From Ferroglobus placidus DSM 10642 (GTDB taxonomy: Archaea; Halobacteriota; Archaeoglobi; Archaeoglobales; Archaeoglobaceae), in assembly GCF_000025505.1 (NCBI RefSeq), contig NC_013849.1, positions 300,001-332,000 of the forward strand: 32,000 bases of DNA, read 5' to 3'. Made by a program: the position numbers and the translations under genes. The notes below the pieces were generated by a model, which saw nothing but the letters and a program-made list of their open reading frames with translations, searched no databases and was not told where the DNA came from. This document shows, piece by piece, positions 18,749-26,570 of this stretch; positions within the stretch are counted from its first letter, which is position 1; every line of letters starts with the position of its first letter.

Positions 18749-19767
18749 GGGAGCTAATAATAAAAGACCTCAGGCTGCTCGTGAGGGAGAAAACGATAGT
18801 TAGTCTAATCTTCTTTCTAATTTTCACAGCCTCATTTGCTTCCCTCATAACCTACGGTCTTATCTTTCTATCTTCCCCTCAATACGTTCAGTTTTCTCAG
18901 GCGAAGGTTGGAGTTGTGGGAGAATGTCCGATTTTGAAATCCGTAATTAAGGGGAAGAATTACGCGAATCTTGAAGAGGCTCTACAAGACTTTAAGCTCG
19001 GAAACATAGATGCGATAGTTTACCTGCCTAAGGAGAACGCATTTTCCCACAACTTCGTCACCGTTTACTTGCCAAAAGATGAGCTAACAACATTTATTGC
19101 CGCAAGTTACATAAAAGAGAAGCTTGAGCTTTACGAACTTAAGCTGAGGGAGATGAACGGAATTGAAGTTGTGAAGCTGAGAGTTTTTTCGGAAAAGAAG
19201 GTCGACTACTACAAGAATTACTCGGTAGCTTTTAAATTTATTTACGTGGCTTTGATTCCGCTTCTTGTCGTAACAACTGCAATAGTATCTTCTGGACTGC
19301 TTATAGATTCCACAACCGAAGAGTTCGAAAGCAGAAGCTTCGAAATACTTATGACGACACCTATGAGCAAAAGAAAAATACTTTTCTACAAAATTCTCTC
19401 CGCTTTCACCGTTTCCGCGATTTTGAGTGCCGTATGGATTTCTCTCTTGTATTTAAACAAGATAAAAATAGAGAACTTACCGGCTTTTTCGCTCGTGGCT
19501 TTTTCCGTTTATCTGATTTTCATTTCATCTGCAATGCTCACGTCACTGATTTTCAAGGACAGGGAGAGGAGTCAGCTCTTCTTTTCTTTAATTGCTGCGG
19601 GTATTATTGCAATTTCTTTTGCAAGTAAGCACTCCTTCGCTGGAGTGATAACGAGGACTTCTGCCGGAAGCGTTTTCGGGATTTGGGAAATAGTTGTGTA
19701 TTTTGCTCTTGCTTTAGCTCTCTCAACAGTAGCGTTGAAATTCGGCGAAAGGAGGGCTGGAGAATAA
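18745..19767 (+). CDS. ABC-2 type transporter permease
   Basis: 340 aa. N-terminal TM, extracytoplasmic domain, then 'EEFESRSFEILMTTPMSKRKILFYKILSAFTVSAILSAVWISLLYL' and further TMs. 4 bp overlap with the preceding permease gene. Confidence 0.87.
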   Translation: MRELIIKDLRLLVREKTIVSLIFFLIFTASFASLITYGLIFLSSPQYVQFSQAKVGVVGECPILKSVIKGKNYANLEEALQDFKLGNIDAIVYLPKENAFSHNFVTVYLPKDELTTFIAASYIKEKLELYELKLREMNGIEVVKLRVFSEKKVDYYKNYSVAFKFIYVALIPLLVVTTAIVSSGLLIDSTTEEFESRSFEILMTTPMSKRKILFYKILSAFTVSAILSAVWISLLYLNKIKIENLPAFSLVAFSVYLIFISSAMLTSLIFKDRERSQLFFSLIAAGIIAISFASKHSFAGVITRTSAGSVFGIWEIVVYFALALALSTVALKFGERRAGE

Positions 19768-19800
19768 CATTTTTTAAACTTTTGAGGAAAACTTTTCCAC

Positions 19801-20388
19801 GTGATCGCCATAGTTAACTACGGAGTCGGAAATCTCAAGAGTATAAAGAAGGCTGTGGAAAAATTTGACAGAGCAGTTGTGACGAGAGATGCTGAGGAAA
19901 TAAAAGCAGCGGACGGAATAATTCTACCGGGAGTTGGTGCTTTTCCGGCTGCGATAAAAAATTTGACCGATCTAAAAGACGTAATTGTGAAGGCAAAAGT
20001 CCCCGTTCTCGGAATATGTTTGGGTATGCAGCTTTTCGCTGAGGTTAGCGAGGAAGGTGGAATAAACGAAGGATTGAAGATAATTAGAGGCAGAGTTGTA
20101 AAGTTCCCCGAAAGCGTTGGCAAGATTCCTCACATGGGGTGGAACGTTGTGAAGAATGAAGACCACGAGATATTCGAGGGGATAAAAGATCAGTACTTCT
20201 ACTTCGTTCACTCCTACTACTTCAAAGCTGAGGAGGGAATTATAGCCACGACAGACTACGGAATAGAGTTTCCCTCGGCTGTTGCGAAAAACAACTTCAT
20301 AGGAGTACAGTTTCATCCGGAGAAGAGTGGAAAAGTTGGTTTGAAGCTGATAGAGAACTTTGTGGAAATCTGTAAACAAAATCCTTAA
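19801..20388 (+). CDS. hisH: Imidazole glycerol phosphate synthase subunit HisH (glutamine amidotransferase)
   Basis: 'IAIVNYGVGNLKSIKKAVEK', 'ILPGVGAFPAAI', 'VLGICLGMQLFAEVSEEGG', 'KIPHMGWN', 'GVQFHPEKSGKVGLKLI'. GTG start. Confidence 0.97.
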   Translation: MIAIVNYGVGNLKSIKKAVEKFDRAVVTRDAEEIKAADGIILPGVGAFPAAIKNLTDLKDVIVKAKVPVLGICLGMQLFAEVSEEGGINEGLKIIRGRVVKFPESVGKIPHMGWNVVKNEDHEIFEGIKDQYFYFVHSYYFKAEEGIIATTDYGIEFPSAVAKNNFIGVQFHPEKSGKVGLKLIENFVEICKQNP

Positions 20389-20415
20389 ATATTTTCTCGG
20401 AAAAGCAATAAGTAA

Positions 20416-21600
20416 ATGCCTCGTACAGTCAAAGACCTAATTGTGGAGATAAGAGATAAGACGGAGCTGATGGTGGATCTCGCTTATTCTGCTGTTCTTT
20501 TCGATAACGAGGATATAGCAGAGGAGGTTCTGGAGCTTGAAGAGGAGGTTAACGAGCTTTTGAATCAACTGAGAATTGCTTCCATTCTCTCCGCAAGGAG
20601 AATTCAGGATGCTGAAATGGTTTCCTCCATTCTCCAGATCGCTCATTCAGCTCACAAAATCAGCGAAGCAGCTGGAGACATAGCCACGCTCGTTCTCAAA
20701 GGATTCAAGCTTTCAGAAGAAGTTGTCGAGCAAATTCTTCTTCACTCGGAGGAGACGATAGTCAGAGCAACGGTTTCCGAAGATTCCGAGCTTAACGGAA
20801 AGACTCTCGGAGAGGTCAAGCTTCACACGAGAACCGGAATGAGGGTTATAGCGATAAAAAGAGGATTCGAGTGGATATTCGATCCGAAGAGGGACACGAA
20901 AATTTACAAGGGAGACGTTCTTTTTGCGAGGGGAGACATAAGCGGTGTTCCTGAGTTTTTCAAGATCGTGGAATGCAGAGAGATTGGCGAATTTAAAAAA
21001 CCGGAAATCGAGCTTGAGGATTTGAAAATTGCAGTGAGCATTCTAATAGACATGAAGAACCTGTCGGAGCTTGCCGTTGATCTCGGCTACTCATCGGTCA
21101 TATACTACAACGAAGAGGTGGCTCATGAAGTTGCCTTCCTTGAGAATCAAATAGACGAGCTAAAGTACGAGCTTCAGAGATGGGTAGTGGAGAGCGGAAG
21201 GCACATGAAAAAGAGCGAGGATATGAAAACGCTGATAGCTCTTCTTGAAATTGCTTACTCCTCTGAGCTTATAGCTGACGCAGCAAAAGGAATAGCGCAA
21301 ATAGTTCTCAAAAAGCAGGAAATTCATCCGATTTTCAAAACCGCTATGGAAGAATCGGATGAAGTGATAGTTATGCTCGAAGTTAAAGACAACTCCGAGC
21401 TTGCCGGAAAAACTCTCGGAGAAACGAGGGTGGAGACTAAAACCGGAATGCACGTAGTTGCTATAAAAAGAGGTAACAGGTGGATCACCCGACCCACCGC
21501 ATCTACCCGAATCTTCGCCGGAGATATACTAATCGCTAAAGGCACGAGGGAAGGAGAACAAAAGCTGCGAGAGCTTTGTTCTATCTTAGAGCTTGCGTAA
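20416..21600 (+). CDS. PhoU-like/TrkA_C (RCK_C) domain protein, internally duplicated
   Basis: 394 aa. Two copies of [PhoU-like helical region + 'ELNGKTLGEVKLHTRTGMRVIAIKRG.EWIFDPKRDTKIYKGDVLFARG' / 'ELAGKTLGETRVETKTGMHVVAIKRGNRWITRPTASTRIFAGDILIAKG']. Confidence 0.88.
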   Translation: MPRTVKDLIVEIRDKTELMVDLAYSAVLFDNEDIAEEVLELEEEVNELLNQLRIASILSARRIQDAEMVSSILQIAHSAHKISEAAGDIATLVLKGFKLSEEVVEQILLHSEETIVRATVSEDSELNGKTLGEVKLHTRTGMRVIAIKRGFEWIFDPKRDTKIYKGDVLFARGDISGVPEFFKIVECREIGEFKKPEIELEDLKIAVSILIDMKNLSELAVDLGYSSVIYYNEEVAHEVAFLENQIDELKYELQRWVVESGRHMKKSEDMKTLIALLEIAYSSELIADAAKGIAQIVLKKQEIHPIFKTAMEESDEVIVMLEVKDNSELAGKTLGETRVETKTGMHVVAIKRGNRWITRPTASTRIFAGDILIAKGTREGEQKLRELCSILELA

Positions 21601-22285
21601 GCTTTTCGACGAGTTCAGCTTTTATCGACGAATTCCTTCCGCTCTCGCAAACCATCGTTCTTACGCCGATTATGTCCGGATTGAGCTTTTTCAGAACGTC
21701 GATGTGCTCCCACTTCAGCGAGCCAGCTATGGCGCAAAACATTCCCCTTTTGTGAGCCTCCTCAATAAACCTTTCGAGCTCCTCGAACTTCATGAAGCTG
21801 AAAATATCCTTCCCATCCTTTATCGCCGTGTCTACCATTATCCCGTCCGCTCCGGCTTTGTAAGAGGCTTCTGGAATCTCAAAAGGCGATACAGAATTGA
21901 CTCTCGTGTAATCTCCGTAGGCTGCCGCGACCACTTTCTTACCTTCGTCGAAGTCTTTAACAGCTCTGACAACTTCTTTCATCATCTCGTAAACTTCCCT
22001 TTCGTTCCTCACTCCGTAGAGCCCGACTTTGATGTAGTCGGCTCCGGAGTAAGCAGCTCCTAAAGCTGCCAAGCTTGCCGTTCCCGGCTTAAATTCCATG
22101 TCTCCTATCGTTGCGCTAACTTCCCTTCCGCTCTTTTTCACTATTTCCGAAACCTCTTTTATTACGTGAGGAAAATTCGCTCCAAGGGATCCTTCAGCAG
22201 GATTTTTCACGTCAATTATATCCGCTCCTCCTCTTATGCATTCTAAAGCTTCCTCCAAATTCATAGGTGACACGAGAACTTTCAT
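21581..22285 (-). CDS. mfnB: (5-formylfuran-3-yl)methyl phosphate synthase (DUF556 family)
   Basis: 'MKVLVSPMNLEEALECIRGGADIIDVKNPAEGSLGANFPHVIKEV', 'ATIGDMEFKPGTASLAALGAAYSGADYIKVGLYG', 'AGSLKWEHIDVLKKLNPDIIGVRTMVCE'. Start adjusted to internal ATG 22285. Confidence 0.93.
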   Translation of the reverse strand: MKVLVSPMNLEEALECIRGGADIIDVKNPAEGSLGANFPHVIKEVSEIVKKSGREVSATIGDMEFKPGTASLAALGAAYSGADYIKVGLYGVRNEREVYEMMKEVVRAVKDFDEGKKVVAAAYGDYTRVNSVSPFEIPEASYKAGADGIMVDTAIKDGKDIFSFMKFEELERFIEEAHKRGMFCAIAGSLKWEHIDVLKKLNPDIIGVRTMVCESGRNSSIKAELVEKLTQALR

Positions 22286-22367
22286 CACAAGAAGCTCGAA
22301 AAAAGGGTATTTATTACTTACCAAAAATATCTTTCGAAAAAGTGGTGGAGAGGTGCGTAAGAGCTCT

Positions 22368-23443
22368 ATGAGATGCGGCGTAATTGCCATAGTTGACGGA
22401 GTCAATTATAAGACTTTCAAAAAACTCTTAAAAAGGGGCAAGCTACCCTTCGTTGAGGAAATATCCAAGGAAGGTTACTTTATAGAGAAATGCTACACTG
22501 TTTTTCCTTCAGCAACGGTGAGCGGTCACGCTTCAATTAACGCTGCCGAACAACTGGATAGACGCTTCGACGAATCTAAACGACTTACATCTTCGAACAA
22601 AAACCGGGTTCGAGATGGCAAGAGAGCTCGGGTTGAAAACTTTCAGCGTAGATCTGATAAGGAAAGGTGCTGACTTGAAAATGAGCTTTATAGCTCCAGG
22701 AATTGATAGAGGTATAAGTTTGGCCTCTAAACTCTTCTTCCTCAGGAGGTTCGCTTCCCACACCACAAAAAAGAGAAAGTCTTTTGTGAAAAAGATTCTA
22801 CGAAAACTCGTCCCTTTCCACGTTTTTCAGCACGAAGTAGCCGTTGTAAATACAGTTAAGGCTGTAAAGTCCGGATATCGCTTCGGAATTACTTGGTTTA
22901 TGGAGACTGATGCAGCAAGCCATCTATTCGGTCCAGAAAGCTTTGAAGGGGCTGAAGGAAAGCCTTTTCTTTACGATTCTGTGGAAGATGACGTAATTGA
23001 TGCGGACAGCGAACTTGAAAAACTTTACAGGAAAATCGAAGACTACAAGCCTGTGTTCTCTATAGTTTCAGATCACGGACACAGCACAGTAAATTGTCAC
23101 ATAAGTCTGTGGAGGAGCTGGAAAATAGAGGGTTAAATGCTTTTACGAATTTGGACCCCCGATCTACGCACTAACGAAGCATCAGCGAGTTTTCGAGGCT
23201 CTATGCGAAATTAAGGAAATCGAATTCATCTTTTTTAGAAAGGGGGATAAAATATTCGTTTGGGACGGAAAAGGTGTGTTTGACGTATTTTCTGACTACA
23301 AGGGTGCTCACGGTGGACTGAATTTCGAAGATTTGACAGGATTTGCCGTCATTCATTCCGAGGGGTTGAAAGAAACCGTAATATCGGAAGGTTTCGTTAC
23401 CGACGTTCTTCCTTTAACTCTTGAACTGCTAACAAAACGTTAA
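22368..23443 (+). pseudogene. Type I phosphodiesterase/nucleotide pyrophosphatase (alkaline phosphatase superfamily) pseudogene with at least 3 frameshifts
   Basis: Frame a: 'MRCGVIAIVDGVNYKTFKKLLKRGKLPFVEEISKEGYFIEKCYTVFPSATVSGHAS'. Frame b from about 22546: 'PNNWIDASTNLNDLHLRTKTGFEMARELGLKTFSVDLIRKGADLKM...FSIVSDHGHSTVN'. Frame c from about 23103: 'KSVEELENRGLNAF'. Frame d from 23144: 'YEFGPPIYALTKHQRVFEALCEIKEIEFIFFRKGDKIFVWDGKGVFDVF...TLELLTKR*'. Confidence 0.88.
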
Positions 23444-23468
23444 AGTCTTACGAAACTTAGCTTACTGC

Positions 23469-24140
23469 ATGAAAGTTTACTTGGCTGTGGACGTTAAAAG
23501 CGGATTGGTTGTGTGGGGGAAAAGCGGAAAAAGAAGCGAGTACGTTCCGATTGAAAGGGTTAGTAAAGTCGTGAGGAATAGCAACTTGAAAGAATTTTTC
23601 GAGGAATTAAAAGTTAAAAGAGCTTACGTCGCCGATTTAGATAGAATTGAAGGGAGAGGAAGCAATCTTGAGGTTATAGACGAGATCGGGAGAAAAGTTG
23701 AGCTTATCGTTGACGGAGGTTTTAAAAGCGTGGAAGAAGCTTTGAACCGCAACTTTACTCCAATTTTCGCAACCGAAACTTTCGACGTGAGAAAGCTCGA
23801 AGGCTTCGAATCTTGCATGGTGAGCGTTGACGTTAAAGAAAAGCTCTTGGACGCTTCCAAAAGCTTTGGAAGTCTTGAAGAACTTCTCGAATACTTGAAC
23901 AGCTTGAAGCTGAAAGCCGTTATAATCCTTCCGATACACTCCGTCGGCACTTACTCCTTCGATTTCTCACTTCTGGAAAAAGCTCTCGACATTTTAAATC
24001 ACAAGATAATTACCGGAGGGGGTTTAAAGCCGGAAGATCTTGATGTGGTTAAGGAAATGGGGATTTACGGCGTTATAGTTGGCACGGCTTTTCACCAAGG
24101 GAAAATAGATCCGGAAATAGTTTTGAGGGGTGAATTTTAG
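23469..24140 (+). CDS. HisA/HisF-family (beta/alpha)8 barrel protein, HisA-related
   Basis: 223 aa. 'MKVYLAVDVKSGLVVWGKSGKRSEY', 'VKRAYVADLDRIEGRGSNLEVIDEIG', 'ELIVDGGFKSVEEAL', 'IITGGGLKPEDLDVVKEMGIYGVIVGTAFHQGKI' follow the HisA barrel layout but diverge from canonical HisA. Confidence 0.82.
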   Translation: MKVYLAVDVKSGLVVWGKSGKRSEYVPIERVSKVVRNSNLKEFFEELKVKRAYVADLDRIEGRGSNLEVIDEIGRKVELIVDGGFKSVEEALNRNFTPIFATETFDVRKLEGFESCMVSVDVKEKLLDASKSFGSLEELLEYLNSLKLKAVIILPIHSVGTYSFDFSLLEKALDILNHKIITGGGLKPEDLDVVKEMGIYGVIVGTAFHQGKIDPEIVLRGEF

Positions 24141-25171
24141 AAGAACTCTTTAGCTATTTCCACAGCCTTGGCAACGAGCTTAACAGCTTGTTCGACATCT
24201 CTCAGGTCGATGACTTCTACCGGAGTGTGGATATACCTCGCGGGAACGCTGACAACTCCCGAAGGAATTCCTTCCCTCGTTAGATGTATTGCGGTAGCGT
24301 CGGTCGTTCCACCTTCTCCTACTTCAAGCTGAATTTCCACTTCAGCCTTCTTAGCAGAGTCTTTCAACCACTCCAGAACTCTCTTTGAAGCGATCAACCC
24401 TCTTCCAGAGGCATCAGCCACCGTTATTACCGGTCCTCTTCCAAGTTTCACATCCATGTACGCGCTTTCAGCACCGGGAAAATCCGTGGCTGGAGCGGAG
24501 TCGAGGACTAAGGCAACGTCCGGATTCAAAGAAAAAGCGGAAACTCTTGCTCCTTTTAGTCCTACTTCTTCCTGAACGGTTCCAACGGCATAAACGGTAG
24601 CGTCGGTGTTTATTTTTTTCATCGCCTCGATCATAACTGCCAATCCCGCTCTGTTGTCAAAGGCTTTTCCGGTAATTCTTTTTCCGAGCTTAACGACCTC
24701 TCTGTCTATCGTAACCGGAGATCCGATGTCTATTCCCATCTCCTTGACTTCTTCCTTATTCTCAGCACCCACATCAACGAACATATCTTTTATCTCGATC
24801 ACCTTCTTCCTCTCGTCTTCTTTCATCAGGTGAGGCGGTTTGCATCCGATGACTCCGTAAACCTTTCCCTTGCTTCCGTGGACTATCACCCTCTGATTTA
24901 AGACGGTCTGGGAAAACCAACCGCCGATGGGAGTGATTCTCAAAAAGCCTTTATCGTCGATGTGCTTCACCATGAACCCGATCTCGTCGATGTGGGCAGC
25001 GAGCATCACTTTAAAATCGTCCCCTTTTCTAACGCAGATAATGTTTCCGAGCTTGTCCACCTTTACATCGTCTACGTAGCTTTCTAACTCCTCCCTAACG
25101 ATTTCCCTCACTTCATCTTCGTAGCCCGAAATTCCGTGAGCGTCGCTCAGCTTTTTAATTAGTTCGAACAT
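24137..25171 (-). CDS. M42 family metallopeptidase (glutamyl aminopeptidase/endoglucanase-like)
   Basis: 'SDAHGISGYEDEVREIVREEL', 'KVMLAAHIDEIGFMVKHI', 'GKAFDNRAGLAVMIEAMK', 'TVQEEVGLKGAR', 'ATDFPGAE', 'GGTTDATAIHLTREGIPSGVVSVPARYIHTPVE'. ATG at 25171 preferred. Confidence 0.97.
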   Translation of the reverse strand: MFELIKKLSDAHGISGYEDEVREIVREELESYVDDVKVDKLGNIICVRKGDDFKVMLAAHIDEIGFMVKHIDDKGFLRITPIGGWFSQTVLNQRVIVHGSKGKVYGVIGCKPPHLMKEDERKKVIEIKDMFVDVGAENKEEVKEMGIDIGSPVTIDREVVKLGKRITGKAFDNRAGLAVMIEAMKKINTDATVYAVGTVQEEVGLKGARVSAFSLNPDVALVLDSAPATDFPGAESAYMDVKLGRGPVITVADASGRGLIASKRVLEWLKDSAKKAEVEIQLEVGEGGTTDATAIHLTREGIPSGVVSVPARYIHTPVEVIDLRDVEQAVKLVAKAVEIAKEFF

Positions 25172-25175
25172 GCTA

Positions 25176-25751
25176 TCACTCCAAAACCGCATGTCTCTCA
25201 GCGAGATCTTTTTCGCTCAAGTTTTTAATCCTCATCAACTCGGCAACGAGCCCGTCGAGAAATATCAAGCTCATGAGCTCGAACATAGTTCCGAGGGGGG
25301 CGATTTGAGAAAGCTCCTCGTTCGTCTCGTTTTTGAGCTTTCCCTTAATCAACACTACTACGTCGCTCATCTGAGCTAAGCTTGAGTTGGGATTTCCGGT
25401 TATCGCCACGAGTTTCGAACCTATCATCTCCTTAGCCTTTTTGCTTATGTTAACAACTGAAGTCGTCTCTCCTGAGCCTGAGATTGCGATTAGCACGTCT
25501 TCTTTGTCGATTCTCGGAGTTACGGTTTCACCAACGACGTAAACGTTGTAGCCGAGGTGCATGAGCCTCATTGCAAACGCCTTTGCAACGAAGCCGCTTC
25601 TTCCGGCACCCATCACGAAAATCCTTTTAGCTCCTTGTATTGCGTTAATCAGCTCGTTTAAATTCTCCTCGTTAATATCAGCTTTTATTTGATCGATGAA
25701 CTTTTTGACGGTGTCGAAGAACTTATAGATCATCTCACCTACCATTTTCAC
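25176..25751 (-). CDS. hxlB: 6-phospho-3-hexuloisomerase (SIS domain)
   Basis: 'AKRIFVMGAGRSGFVAKAFAMRLMHLGYNVYVVGETVTPRIDKEDVLIAISGSGETTSVVNISKKAKE', 'PLGTMFELMSLIFLDGLVAELM'. Confidence 0.93.
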   Translation of the reverse strand: MKMVGEMIYKFFDTVKKFIDQIKADINEENLNELINAIQGAKRIFVMGAGRSGFVAKAFAMRLMHLGYNVYVVGETVTPRIDKEDVLIAISGSGETTSVVNISKKAKEMIGSKLVAITGNPNSSLAQMSDVVVLIKGKLKNETNEELSQIAPLGTMFELMSLIFLDGLVAELMRIKNLSEKDLAERHAVLE

Positions 25752-25788
25752 CCCCCTAATTTTTTTGTAAGCTTGCGGTTATAAAAGA

Positions 25789-26517
25789 TTAATCAATCAA
25801 TGACCTCTCCAAAATTTCTCTTGTAACTTCCTCCGCCACTTCCTCCTTCGAACCTCCGGCGATGATTATAATTTTTTTACTTTTAATTGTTAAAAACGAT
25901 TCAATCATTTCTCTGATCGCCTCGATTCCTATTCCGTCCCCAATGTACTCGTCTTCTAAAATGTCCAAGCCCATATACCATACTACTATATCGAAATCTT
26001 CGACAGATCGGCATACAACTTTGAAGGCGTTCACGAATTCCGCTTTATCTTTGTAGCATACGCACCCTCTTTCCAAGCATATGCAGTAGTAATCTCTTCC
26101 CAAAGCCGAATGGTGGGCGTCGGTATCTATAACCGCGACGCTGTAACCCTTTCTTTCGAGTATTTCCCTCAAAACTGCAACGTCGTTCAAAAAGCTGTAC
26201 CCTCTAAACCTGTCCCTCTCAGCTTGATGCCCCGTTCCGGCAGTTGCTAAGATGACGAGATCGCACTCCTCAATTGCATCGGAAGCTTTGATAACGCACT
26301 TAGCCGACTCGAAAATCGCTTCGGAGAAAGGGAGCTTTTCGATTTTCTCCACAAGTTTTCTCTCGTGGTAGAGTAAAAACTCCTCGAAGCTGTCGGATGG
26401 AGGGAGTATTTCGACCCTGTATTCTCTTATCGCTCTCTCGAAACCGGATATTTTCAGGCACGGACCTATGAGGTAATCGTCTTTGAGCTTAGGAGAGTAA
26501 ACCACGCAAACTTTCAT
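25789..26517 (-). CDS. Divergent histone deacetylase-like (arginase/deacetylase fold) protein
   Basis: 242 aa. 'ATAGTGHQAERDRFRGYSFLNDVAVLREILERKGYSVAVIDTDAHHSALGRDYYCI' parallels the HDAC arrangement '(P/G)GHHA......GFC..N(D/N)VA.A...L......V..IDxDxHHG.G'. 'VVWYMGLDILEDEYIGDGIGIEAI' parallels 'SAGFDAH..DPLG'. Confidence 0.65.
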   Translation of the reverse strand: MKVCVVYSPKLKDDYLIGPCLKISGFERAIREYRVEILPPSDSFEEFLLYHERKLVEKIEKLPFSEAIFESAKCVIKASDAIEECDLVILATAGTGHQAERDRFRGYSFLNDVAVLREILERKGYSVAVIDTDAHHSALGRDYYCICLERGCVCYKDKAEFVNAFKVVCRSVEDFDIVVWYMGLDILEDEYIGDGIGIEAIREMIESFLTIKSKKIIIIAGGSKEEVAEEVTREILERSLID

Positions 26518-26570
26518 TAAAAAAGTCTTTAGGGGAAACCAATAAATATTTTTCTCCGTAATCTCTGTCT

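Noticed and set aside
22615-23136. 173-aa ORF as an independent gene
   Set aside because: Its start and end are frameshift artefacts. It is the middle of the decayed phosphodiesterase/phosphatase gene, not a separate protein.
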